DNA from: Azolla caroliniana
Taxonomy: Eukaryota > Plantae > Polypodiophyta
DNA: 64,000 nt
Direction: 5' to 3'
Assembly (NCBI GenBank): GCA_043228905.1
Contig: JBHGNT010000100.1
Coordinates: 26,645-90,644, forward strand
Of this stretch, positions 14,591-27,256 are shown in pieces. Made by a program: the position numbers and the translations under genes. Positions within the stretch are counted from its first letter, which is position 1. Every line of letters starts with the position of its first letter. The notes under the pieces were generated by a model. It ran no database searches. It saw only the letters and a list, made by a program, of their open reading frames with translations, and was not told the origin of the DNA.

Positions 14591-17500
14591 GATTTTTTAA
14601 TTCTATATCATAGCTAGCGTTGCTAGCTTCGATTCGCATATTTGAACACAGAAATCCGATATCACACGAGCCAGGTATGAACATTTTAATTTACTCAAGG
14701 GCTCTTCTCAACTCCCTCCTCAAGATTGCTAATTTCTTCATATCTCCTGACCTGAGTTTCAAAATCTTGATTTTTGAATTCTATATCATAGCTAGCGTTG
14801 CTAGCTTCGATTCGCATATTTGAACACAGAAATCCGATATCACACGAACCAGGTATGAACATTTTAATTTACTCAAGGGCTCCTCTCAACTCCATCCTCA
14901 AGTTTGCTAATATTATTCATGTGTCTCGACCTGAGTTTCAAAATCTTGATTTTTGAATTCTATATCATAGCTAGCGTTGCTAGCTTCGATTCGAATATTT
15001 GAACACAGAAATCCGATATCACACGAGCCAGGTATGAACATTTTAATTTACTCAAGGGCTCTTCTCAACTCCCTCCTTAAGTTTGCTAATTTCTTCATAT
15101 CTCCTGACCTGAGTTTCAAAATCTTGATTTTTGAATTCTATATCATAGCTAGCGTTGCAAGCTTCGATTTGTATATTTGAACACAGAAATCCGATATCAC
15201 ACGAGCTAGGTATGAACATTTTAATTTACTCAAGGGCTCTTCTCAATTCCCTCCTCATCTTTGCTAATTTCGTCATGTCTCTCGACCTGAGTTTCAAAAT
15301 CTTGATTTTTGAATTCTATATCATAGCTCGCGTTGCTAGATTCGATTCGAATATTTGAACATAAAAATCCGATATCACACGTGCCAGGTATGAACATTTT
15401 AATTTACTTAAGGGCTCTTCTCAACTCCCTCCCCAAGTTTGCTAATTTCTTCATATCTCCTGACCTGAGTTTCGAAATCTTGATTTTTGAATTCTATAGC
15501 ATAGCTCGCGTTGCTAGCTTCCATTCGAATATTTTAACACAGAAATCCAATATCACACGAGCCAGGTATGAACCTTTTAATTTACTCAAGGGCTCTTCTC
15601 AACTCCCTCCATAAGTTTGCTAATTTCTTCATATCTCCTGACCTGAGTTTCAAAATCTTGATTTTTGAATTCTATATCATAGCTCGCGTTGCTAGCTTCG
15701 ATTCGAATATTTCAACTTCAAAATCCAATATCACACGAGCCAGGTATGAACATTTTAATTTACTCAAGGGCTCTTCTCAACTCCCTCCTCAAGTTTGCTA
15801 ATTTCTTCATATCTCCTGACCTGAGTTTCAAAATATTGATTTTCGAATTCTATATCATAGCTTGCGTTGCTACCTTCGAATCGCATATTTGAACACAGAA
15901 ATCCGATATCACACGAGCCAGGTATGAACATTTTAATTTACTCAAGGGCTCTTCTCAACTCCCTCCTCAAGTTTGCTAATTTCGTCATGTCTCTCGACCT
16001 GAGTTTCAAAATCTTGATTTTTGAATTCTATATCATACCTAGCGTTGCTAGCTTCGATTCGCATATTTGAACACAGAAATCCGATATCACACGAGCCAGG
16101 TATGAACATTTTAATTTACTCAAGGGCTCTTCTCAACTCCCTCCTTAAGTTTGCTAATTTCTTCATATCTCCTGACCTGAGTTTCAAAATCTTGATTTTT
16201 GAATTCTATATCATAGCTAGCGTTGCTAGCTTCGATTTGTATATTTGAACACAGAAATCCGATATCACACGAGCTAGGTATGAACATTTTAATTTACTCA
16301 AGGGCTCTTCTCAATTCCCTCCTCATCTTTGCTAATTTCGTCATGTCTCTCGACCTGAGTTTCAAAATCTTGATTTTTGAATTCTATATCATAGCTCGCG
16401 TTGCTAGATTCGATTCGAATATTTGAACATAAAAATCCGATATCACACGTGCCAGGTATGAACATTTTAATTTACTTAAGGGCTCTTCTCAACTCCCTCC
16501 CCAGGTTTGCTAATTTCTTCATATCTCCTGACCTGAGTTTCAAAATCTTGATTTTTGAATTCTATAGCATAGCTCGCGTTGCTAGCTTCCATTCGAATAT
16601 TTTAACACAGAAATCCAATATCACACGAGCCAGGTATGAACCTTTTAATTTACTCAAGGGCTCTTCTCAACTCCCTCCATAAGTTTGTTAATTTCTTCAT
16701 ATCTCCTGACCTGAGTTTCAAAATCTTGATTTTTGAATTCTATATCATAGCTCGCGTTGCTAGCTTCGATTCGAATATTTCAACTTCAAAATCCAATATC
16801 ACACGAGCCAGGTATGAACATTTTAATTTACTCAAGGGCTCCTCTCAACTCCATCCTCAAGTTTGCTAATATTATTCATGTGTCTCGACCTGAGTTTCAA
16901 AATCTTGATTTTTGAATTCTATATCATAGCTAGCGTTGCTAGCTTCGATTCGAATATTTGAACACAGAAATCCGATATCACACGAGCCAGGTATGAACAT
17001 TTTAATTTACTCAAGGGCTCTTCTCAACTCCCTCCTCAAGTTTGCTGATTTCTTCATATCTCCTGACCTGAGTTTCAAAATCTTGATTTTTGAATTCTAT
17101 ATCATAGCTCGAGTTGCTAGGTTCGATGCGAATATTTGAACTTCAAAATCCGATATCACACGAGCCAGGTATGAACATTTTAATTTACTCTAGGGCTCCT
17201 CTCAACTCCATCCTCAAGTTTGCTAATATTATTCATGTGTCTCGACCTGAGTTTCAAAATCTTGATTTTCTAATTCTATATCATAGCTAGCGTTGCTAGC
17301 TTCGATTCGCATATTTGAACACAGAAATCCGATATCACACGAGCCAGGTATGAACATTTTAATTTACTCAAGGGCTCTTCTCAACTCCCTCCTCAAGATT
17401 GCTAATTTCTTCATATCTCCTGACCTGAGTTTCAAAATCTTGATTTTCTAATTCTATATCATACCTAGCGTTGCTACCTTCGATTCGCATATTTGAACAC

Positions 17501-20500
17501 AGAAATCTGATATCACACGAGCCAGGTATGAACATTTTAATTTACTCAAGGGCTCTTCTCAACTCCCTCCTCAAGTTTGCTAATTTCGTCATGTCTCTCG
17601 ACCTGAGTTTCAAAATCTTGATTTTTGAATTCTATATGATACCTAGCGTTGCTAGGTTCGATTCGCATATTTGAACACAGAAATCCGATATCACACGAGC
17701 CAGGTATGAACATTTTAATTTACTCAAGGGCTCTTCTCAACTCCCTCCTCAAGTTTGCTAATTTCTTCATATCTCCTGACCTGAGTTTCAAAATATTGAT
17801 TTTCGAATTCTATATCATAGCTTGCGTTGCTACCTTCGAATCGCATATTTGAACACAGAAATCCGATATCACACGAGCCAGGTATGAACATTTTAATTTA
17901 CTCAAGGGCTCTTCTCAACTCCATCTTCATCTTTGCTAATTTCGTCATGTCTCTCGACCTGAGTTTCAAAATCTTGATTTTTGAATTCTATATCATACCT
18001 AGCGTTGCTAGCTTCGATTCGCATATTTGAACACAGAAATCCGATATCACACGAGCCAGGTATGAACATTTTAATTTACTCAAGGGCTCTTCTCAACTCC
18101 CTCCTTAAGTTTGCTAATTTCTTCATATCTCCTGACCTGAGTTTCAAAATCTTGAATGTTGAATTCTATATCATACCTAGCGTTGCTACCTTCGATTCGC
18201 ATATTTGAACACAGAAATCTGATATCACACGAGCCAGGTATGAACATTTTAATTTACTCAAGGGCTCTTCTCAACTCCCTCCTCAAGTATTCTAATTTCT
18301 TCATATCTCCTGACCTGAGTTTCAAAATCTTGATTTTTGAATTCTATATCATAGCTCGAGTTGCTAGCTTCGATTCGCATATTTGAACTTCAAAATCGGA
18401 TATCAGACGAGCCAAGTATGAACATTTTAATTTACTCAAGCGCTCTTCTCAACTCCATCCTCATCTTTGCTAATTTCCTCATGTCTCTCGACCTGAGTTT
18501 CAAAATCTTGATTTTTTAATTCTATATCATAGCTAGCGTTGCTAGCTTCGATTCGCATATTTGAACACAGAAATCCGATATCACACGAGCCAGGTATGAA
18601 CATTTTAATTTACTCAAGGGCTCTTCTCAACTCCCTCCTCAAGATTGCTAATTTCTTCATATCTCCTGACCTGAGTTTCAAAATCTTGATTTTTGAATTC
18701 TATATCATAGCTAGCGTTGCTAGCTTCGATTCGCATATTTGAACACAGAAATCCGATATCACACGAACCAGGTATGAACATTTTAATTTACTCAAGGGCT
18801 CCTCTCAACTCCATCCTCAAGTTTGCTAATATTATTCATGTGTCTCGACCTGAGTTTCAAAATCTTGATTTTTGAATTCTATATCATAGCTAGCGTTGCT
18901 AGCTTCGATTCGAATATTTGAACACAGAAATCCGATATCACACGAGCCAGGTATGAACATTTTAATTTACTCAAGGGCTCTTCTCAACTCCCTCCTTAAG
19001 TTTGCTAATTTCTTCATATCTCCTGACCTGAGTTTCAAAATCTTGATTTTTGAATTCTATATCATAGCTAGCGTTGCAAGCTTCGATTTGTATATTTGAA
19101 CACAGAAATCCGATATCACACGAGCTAGGTATGAACATTTTAATTTACTCAAGGGCTCTTCTCAATTCCCTCCTCATCTTTGCTAATTTCGTCATGTCTC
19201 TCGACCTGAGTTTCAAAATCTTGATTTTTTAATTCTATATCATAGCTCGCGTTGCTAGATTCGATTCGAATATTTGAACATAAAAATCCGATATCACACG
19301 TGCCAGGTATGAACATTTTAATTTACTTAAGGGCTCTTCTCAACTCCCTCCCCAAGTTTGCTAATTTCTTCATATCTCCTGACCTGAGTTTCGAAATCTT
19401 GATTTTTGAATTCTATAGCATAGCTCGCGTTGCTAGCTTCCATTCGAATATTTTAACACAGAAATCCAATATCACACGAGCCAGGTATGAACCTTTTAAT
19501 TTACTCAAGGGCTCTTCTCAACTCCCTCCATAAGTTTGCTAATTTCTTCATATCTCCTGACCTGAGTTTCAAAATCTTGATTTTTGAATTCTATATCATA
19601 GCTCGCGTTGCTAGCTTCGATTCGAATATTTCAACTTCAAAATCCAATATCACACGAGCCAGGTATGAACATTTTAATTTACTCAAGGGCTCTTCTCAAC
19701 TCCCTCCTTAAGTTTGCTAATTTCTTCATATCTCCTGACCTGAGTTTCAAAATATTGATTTTCGAATTCTATATCATAGCTTGCGTTGCTACCTTCGAAT
19801 CGCATATTTGAACACAGAAATCCGATATCACACGAGCCAGGTATGAACATTTTAATTTACTCAAGGGCTCTTCACAACTCCCTCCTCAAGTTTGCTAATT
19901 TCGTCATGTCTCTCGACCTGAGTTTCAAAATCTTGATTTTTGAATTCTATATCATACCTAGCGTTGCTAGCTTCGATTCGCATATTTGAACACAGAAATC
20001 CGATATCACACGAGCCAGGTATGAACATTTTAATTTACTCAAGGGCTCTTCTCAACTCCCTCCTTAAGTTTGCTAATTTCTTCATATCTCCTGACCTGAG
20101 TTTCAAAATCTTGATTTTTGAATTCTATATCATAGCTAGCGTTGCTAGCTTCGATTTGTATATTTGAACACAGAAATCCGATATCACACGAGCTAGGTAT
20201 GAACATTTTAATTTACTCAAGGGCTCTTCTCAATTCCCTCCTCATCTTTGCTAATTTCGTCATGTCTCTCGACCTGAGTTTCAAAATCTTGATTTTTGAA
20301 TTCTATATCATAGCTCGCGTTGCTAGATTCGATTCGAATATTTGAACATAAAAATCCGATATCACACGTGCCAGGTATGAACATTTTAATTTACTTAAGG
20401 GCTCTTCTCAACTCCCTCCCCAGGTTTGCTAATTTCTTCATATCTCCTGACCTGAGTTTCAAAATCTTGATTTTTGAATTCTATAGCATAGCTCGCGTTG

Positions 20501-22060
20501 CTAGCTTCCATTCGAATATTTTAACACAGAAATCCAATATCACACGAGCCAGGTATGAACCTTTTAATTTACTCAAGGGCTCTTCTCAACTCCCTCCATA
20601 AGTTTGTTAATTTCTTCATATCTCCTGACCTGAGTTTCAAAATCTTGATTTTTGAATTCTATATCATAGCTCGCGTTGCTAGCTTCGATTCGAATATTTC
20701 AACTTCAAAATCCAATATCACACGAGCCAGGTATGAACATTTTAATTTACTCAAGGGCTCCTCTCAACTCCATCCTCAAGTTTGCTAATATTATTCATGT
20801 GTCTCGACCTGAGTTTCAAAATCTTGATTTTTGAATTCTATATCATAGCTAGCGTTGCTAGCTTCGATTCGAATATTTGAACACAGAAATCCGATATCAC
20901 ACGAGCCAGGTATGAACATTTTAATTTACTCAAGGGCTCTTCTCAACTCCCTCCTCAAGTTTGCTGATTTCTTCATATCTCCTGACCTGAGTTTCAAAAT
21001 CTTGATTTTTGAATTCTATATCATAGCTCGAGTTGCTAGGTTCGATGCGAATATTTGAACTTCAAAATCCGATATCACACGAGCCAGGTATGAACATTTT
21101 AATTTACTCTAGGGCTCCTCTCAACTCCATCCTCAAGTTTGCTAATATTATTCATGTGTCTCGACCTGAGTTTCAAAATCTTGATTTTGTAATTCTATAT
21201 CATAGCTAGCGTTGCTAGCTTCGATTCGCATATTTGAACACAGAAATCCGATATCACACGAGCCAGGTATGAACATTTTAATTTACTCAAGGGCTCTTCT
21301 CAACTCCCTCCTCAAGATTGCTAATTTCTTCATATCTCCTGACCTGAGTTTCAAAATCTTGATTTTCTAATTCTATATCATACCTAGCGTTGCTACCTTC
21401 GATTCGCATATTTGAACACAGAAATCTGATATCACACGAGCCAGGTATGAACATTTTAATTTACTCAAGGGCTCTTCTCAACTCCCTCCTCAAGTTTGCT
21501 AATTTCGTCATGTCTCTCGACCTGAGTTTCAAAATCTTGATTTTTGAATTCTATATGATACCTAGCGTTGCTAGGTTCGATTCGCATATTTGAACACAGA
21601 AATCCGATATCACACGAGCCAGGTATGAACATTTTAATTTACTCAAGGGCTCTTCTCAACTCCCTCCTCAAGTTTGCTAATTTCTTCATATCTCCTGACC
21701 TGAGTTTCAAAATATTGATTTTCGAATTCTATATCATAGCTTGCGTTGCTACCTTCGAATCGCATATTTGAACACAGAAATCCGATATCACACGAGCCAG
21801 GTATGAACATTTTAATTTACTCAAGGGCTCTTCTCAACTCCATCTTCATCTTTGCTAATTTCGTCATGTCTCTCGACCTGAGTTTCAAAATCTTGATTTT
21901 TGAATTCTATATCATACCTAGCGTTGCTAGCTTCGATTCGCATATTTGAACACAGAAATCCGATATCACACGAGCCAGGTATGAACATTTTAATTTACTC
22001 AAGGGCTCTTCTCAACTCCCTCCTTAAGTTTGCTAATTTCTTCATATCTCCTGACCTGAG
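14590..22060 (+). repeat. Higher-order duplication, period 3919 bp (22 monomers)
   Basis: ORF pairs from 14620/18539 through 17981/21900 are offset by 3919. Rare variants are shared (TTCGAAATCT, CCCAGGTTT, TTTGCTGATT). Ends approximate. Confidence 0.88.
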
Positions 22061-24417
22061 TTTCAAAATCTTGATTTTTGAATTCTATATCATAGCTAGC
22101 GTTGCTAGCTTCGATTTGTATATTTGAACACAGAAATCCGATATCACACGAGCTAGGTATGAACATTTTAATTTACTCAAGGGCTCTTCTCAATTCCCTC
22201 CTCATCTTTGCTAATTTCGTCATGTCTCTCGACCTGAGTTTCAAAATCTTGATTTTTGAATTCTATATCATAGCTCGCGTTGCTAGATTCGATTCGAATA
22301 TTTGAACATAAAAATCCGATATCACACGTGCCAGGTATGAACATTTTAATTTACTTAAGGGCTCTTCTCAACTCCCTCCCCAAGTTTGCTAATTTCTTCA
22401 TATCTCCTGACCTGAGTTTCAAAATCTTGATTTTTGAATTCTATAGCATAGCTCGCGTTGCTAGCTTCCATTCGAATATTTTAACACAGAAATCCAATAT
22501 CACACGAGCCAGGTATGAACCTTTTAATTTACTCAAGGGCTCTTCTCAACTCCCTCCATAAGTTTGCTAATTTCTTCATATCTCCTGACCTGAGTTTCAA
22601 AATCTTGATTTTTGAATTCTATATCATAGCTCGCGTTGCTAGCTTCGATTCGAATATTTCAACTTCAAAATCCAATATCACACGAGCCAGGTATGAACAT
22701 TTTAATTTACTCAAGGGCTCCTCTCAACTCCATCCTCAAGTTTGCTAATATTATTCATGTGTCTCGACCTGAGTTTCAAAATCTTGATTTTTGATTTCTA
22801 TATCATAGCTAGCGTTGCTAGCTTCGATTCGAATATTTGAACACAGAAATCCGATATCACACGAGCCAGGTATGAACATTTTAATTTACTCAAGGGCTCT
22901 TCTCAACTCCCTCCTCAAATTTGCTAATTTCTTCATATCTCCTGACCTGAGTTTCAAAATCTTGATTTTTGAATTCTATATCATAGCTCGAGTTGCTAGG
23001 TTCGATGCGAATATTTGAACTTCAAAATCCGATATCACACGAGCCAGGTATGAACATTTTAATTTACTCTAGGGCTCTTCTCAACTCCCTCCTCAAATTT
23101 GCTAATTTCTTCATATCTCCTGACCTGAGTTTCAAAATCTTGATTTTCTAATTCTATATCATACCTAGCGTTGCTACCTTCGATTCGCATATTTGAACAC
23201 AGAAATCTGATATCACACGAGCCAGGTATGAACATTTTAATTTACTCAAGGGCTCATCTTAACTCCCTCCTCAAGTTTGCTAATTTCGTCATGTCTCTCG
23301 ACCTGAGTTTCAAAATCTTGATTTTTGAATTCTATATCATAGCTAGCGTTGCTAGCTTCGATTCGCATATTTGAACACAGAAATCCGATATCACACGAGC
23401 CAGGTATGAACATTTTAATTTACTCAAGGGCTCTTCTCAACTCCCTCCTCAAGTTTGCTAATTTCTTCATATCTCCTGACCTGAGTTTCAAAATCTTGAT
23501 TTTTGAATTCTATATCATAGCTCGAGTTGCTAGCTTCGATTCGAATATTTGAACTTCAAAATCCGATATCACACGAGCCAGGTATGAACATTTTAATTTA
23601 CTCAAGGGCTCCTCTCAACTCCATCCTCAAGTTTGCTAATATTATTCATGTGTCTCGACCTGAGTTTCAAAATCTTGATTTTTGAATTCTATATCATAGC
23701 TAGCGTTGCTAGCTTCGATTCGAATATTTGAACACAGAAATCCGATATCACACGAGCCAGGTATGAACATTTTAATATACTCAAGGGCTCTTCTCAACTC
23801 CCTCCTCAAGTTTGCTAATTTCTTCATATCTCCTGACCTGAGTTTCAAAATCTTGAATGTTGAATTCTATATCATACCTAGCGTTGCTACCTTCGATTCG
23901 CATATTTGAACACAGAAATCTGATATCACACGAGCCAGGTATGAACATTTTAATTTACTCAAGGGCTCTTCTCAACTCCCTCCTCAAGTTTTCTAATTTC
24001 TTCATATCTCCTGACCTGAGTTTCAAAATCTTGATTTTTGAATTCTATATCATAGCTCGAGTTGCTAGCTTCGATTCGCATATTTGAACTTCAAAATCCG
24101 ATATCAGACGAGCCAAGTATGAACATTTTAATTTACTCAAGCGCTCTTCTCAACTCCATCCTCATCTTTGCTAATTTCCTCATGTCTCTCGACCTGAGTT
24201 TCAAAATCGTGATTTTTGAATTCTATATCATAGCTAGCGTTGCTAGCTTCGATTCGCATATTTGAACACAGAAATCCGATATCACACGAGCCAGGTATGA
24301 ACATTTTAATTTACTCAAGGGCTCTTCTCAACTCCCTCCTCAAGTTTGCTAATTTCTTCATATCTCCTGACCTGAGTTTCAAAATCTTGATTTTTGAATT
24401 CTATATCATAGCTTGCG

Positions 24418-25736
24418 CGATTCGCATGTTTGAACACAAAAATCCGATATCACACGAGCCAGGTATGAACATTTTAATTTACTCAAGGGCTTCTCTCAAC
24501 TCACTCCTCAAATTTGGTAATTTCGTCATGTCTCGCGACCTGAGTTTCAAAATCTTGATTTTTTAACTCCATATCATAGGTAGCATTGTTAGCTTCGATT
24601 CGCATGTTTGAACACAAAAATCCGATATCACACGAGCCAGGTATGAACATTTTAATTTAACTCATAGCTCTTCTTAACTCACTCCTCAAATTTGGTAATT
24701 TCGTCATGTCTCTCGACCTGAGTTTGAAAATCTTGATTTTTTAATTCCATATCATAGCTAGCGTTGTTAGCTTCGATTCGCATGTTTGAACACAAAATTC
24801 GGATATCACACGAGCCAGGTATGAACATTTTAATTTACTCAAGGGCTTCTCTCAACTCACTCCTCAAATTTGGTAATCTCATCATGTCTCTCGACCTGAG
24901 TTTGAAAATCTTGATATTTTAATTCCATATCATAGCTAGCGTTGTTAGCTTCTATTCGCATGTTTGAACACAAAAATCCGATATCACACGAGCCAGGTAT
25001 GAACATTTTAATTTAACTCATAGCTCTTCTTAACTCACTCCTCAAATTTAGTAATTTCGTCATGTCTCTCGACCTGAGTTTGAAAATCTTGATTTTTTAA
25101 TTCTATATCATAGCTAGCGTTGTTAGCTTCGATTCGCATGTTTGAACACAAAAATCCGATATCACACGAGCCAGGTATGAACATTTTAATTTAACTCATA
25201 GCTCTTCTTAACTCACTCCTCAAATTTGGTATTTTCGTCATGTCTCTCGACCTGAGTTTCAAAATCTTGATTTTCTAATTCTATATCACAGCTAGTGTTG
25301 TTAGCTTCGATTCGCTTGTTTGAACACAAAAATCCGATATCACACGAGCCAGGTATGAACATTTTAATTTACTCAAGGGCTTCTCTGAACTCACTCCTCA
25401 AATTTAGTAATCTCATCATGTCTTCCGACCTGAGTTTCAAAATCTTGATTTTTTAATTCCATATCATAGCTAGCGTTGTTAGCTTCGATTCGCATGTTTG
25501 AACACAAAAATCCGATATCACACGAGCCAGGTATGAACATTTTAATTTAACTCATAGCTCTTCTTAACTCACTCCTCAAATTTGGTAATTTCGTCATGCC
25601 TCTCGACCTGAGTTTGAAAATCTTGATTTTCTAATTCTATATCACAGCTAGTGTTGTTAGCTTCGATTCGCTTGTTTGAACACAAAAATCCGATATCACA
25701 CGAGCCAGGTATGAACATTTTAATTTACTCAAGGGC
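24418..25736 (+). repeat. 178-bp satellite, subfamily B island
   Basis: Abrupt switch to GTTGTTAGC, CGCATGTTT, CACAAAAAT, TCACTCCTCAAATTTGGTA and TTTTTTAATTCCATATC. The sequence reverts to A type between ~25687 and 25737. Confidence 0.9.
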
Positions 25737-27256
25737 TCTTCTCAACTCCCTCCTCAAATTTGCTAATTTCTTCATATCTCCTGACCTGAGTTTCAAAATC
25801 TTGATTTTTGAATTCTATATCATAGCTCGAGTTGCTAGGTTCGATGCGAATATTTGAACTTCAAAATCCGATATCACACGAGCCAGGTATGAACATTTTA
25901 ATTTACTCTAGGGCTCTTCTCAACTCCCTCCTCAAATTTGCTAATTTCTTCATATCTCCTGACCTGAGTTTCAAAATCTTGATTTTCTAATTCTATATCA
26001 TACCTAGCGTTGCTACCTTCGATTCGCATATTTGAACACAGAAATCTGATATCACACGAGCCAGGTATGAACATTTTAATTTACTCAAGGGCTCATCTTA
26101 ACTCCCTCCTCAAGTTTGCTAATTTCGTCATGTCTCTCGACCTGAGTTTCAAAATCTTGATTTTTGAATTCTATATCATAGCTAGCGTTGCTAGCTTCGA
26201 TTCGCATATTTGAACACAGAAATCCGATATCACACGAGCCAGGTATGAACATTTTAATTTACTCAAGGGCTCTTCTCAACTCCCTCCTCAAGTTTGCTAA
26301 TTTCTTCATATTTCCTGACCTGAGTTTCAAAATCTTGATTTTTGAATTCTATATCATAGCTCGAGTTGCTAGCTTCGATTCGAATATTTGAACTTCAAAA
26401 TCCGATATCACACGAGCCAGGTATGAACATTTTAATTTACTCAAGGGCTCCTCTCAACTCCATCCTCAAGTTTGCTAATATTATTCATGTGTCTCGACCT
26501 GAGTTTCAAAATCTTGATTTTTGAATTCTATATCATAGCTAGCGTTGCTAGCTTCGATTCGAATATTTGAACACAGAAATCCGATATCACACGAGCCAGG
26601 TATGAACATTTTAATATACTCAAGGGCTCTTCTCAACTCCCTCCTCAAGTTTGCTAATTTCTTCATATCTCCTGACCTGAGTTTCAAAATCTTGAATGTT
26701 GAATTCTATATCATACCTAGCGTTGCTACCTTCGATTCGCATATTTGAACACAGAAATCTGATATCACACGAGCCAGGTATGAACATTTTAATTTACTCA
26801 AGGGCTCTTCTCAACTCCCTCCTCAAGTTTTCTAATTTCTTCATATCTCCTGACCTGAGTTTCAAAATCTTGATTTTTGAATTCTATATCATAGCTCGAG
26901 TTGCTAGCTTCGATTCGCATATTTGAACTTCAAAATCCGATATCAGACGAGCCAAGTATGAACATTTTAATTTACTCAAGCGCTCTTCTCAACTCCATCC
27001 TCATCTTTGCTAATTTCCTCATGTCTCTCGACCTGAGTTTCAAAATCGTGATTTTTGAATTCTATATCATAGCTAGCGTTGCTAGCTTCGATTCGCATAT
27101 TTGAACACAGAAATCCGATATCACACGAGCCAGGTATGAACATTTTAATTTACTCAAGGGCTCTTCTCAACTCCCTCCTCAAGTTTGCTAATTTCTTCAT
27201 ATCTCCTGACCTGAGTTTCAAAATCTTGATTTTTGAATTCTATATCATAGCTTGCG
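25737..27256 (+). repeat. 178-bp satellite, subfamily A (duplicated block)
   Basis: A-type diagnostic bases; a copy of ~22898-24417. Confidence 0.9.

Larger units (their letters stand above)
1..24417 (+). repeat. 178-bp tandem satellite array, subfamily A
   Basis: Continuous head-to-tail monomers of 178 bp (179 bp in variants carrying ATATTATTCATGTG). Diagnostic motifs are GTTGCTAGC, CGCATATTT, CACAGAAAT, TCCCTCCTCAAGTTTGCTA and TTTTTGAATTCTATATC. The ORF track recurs at 178-bp steps. Confidence 0.98.
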
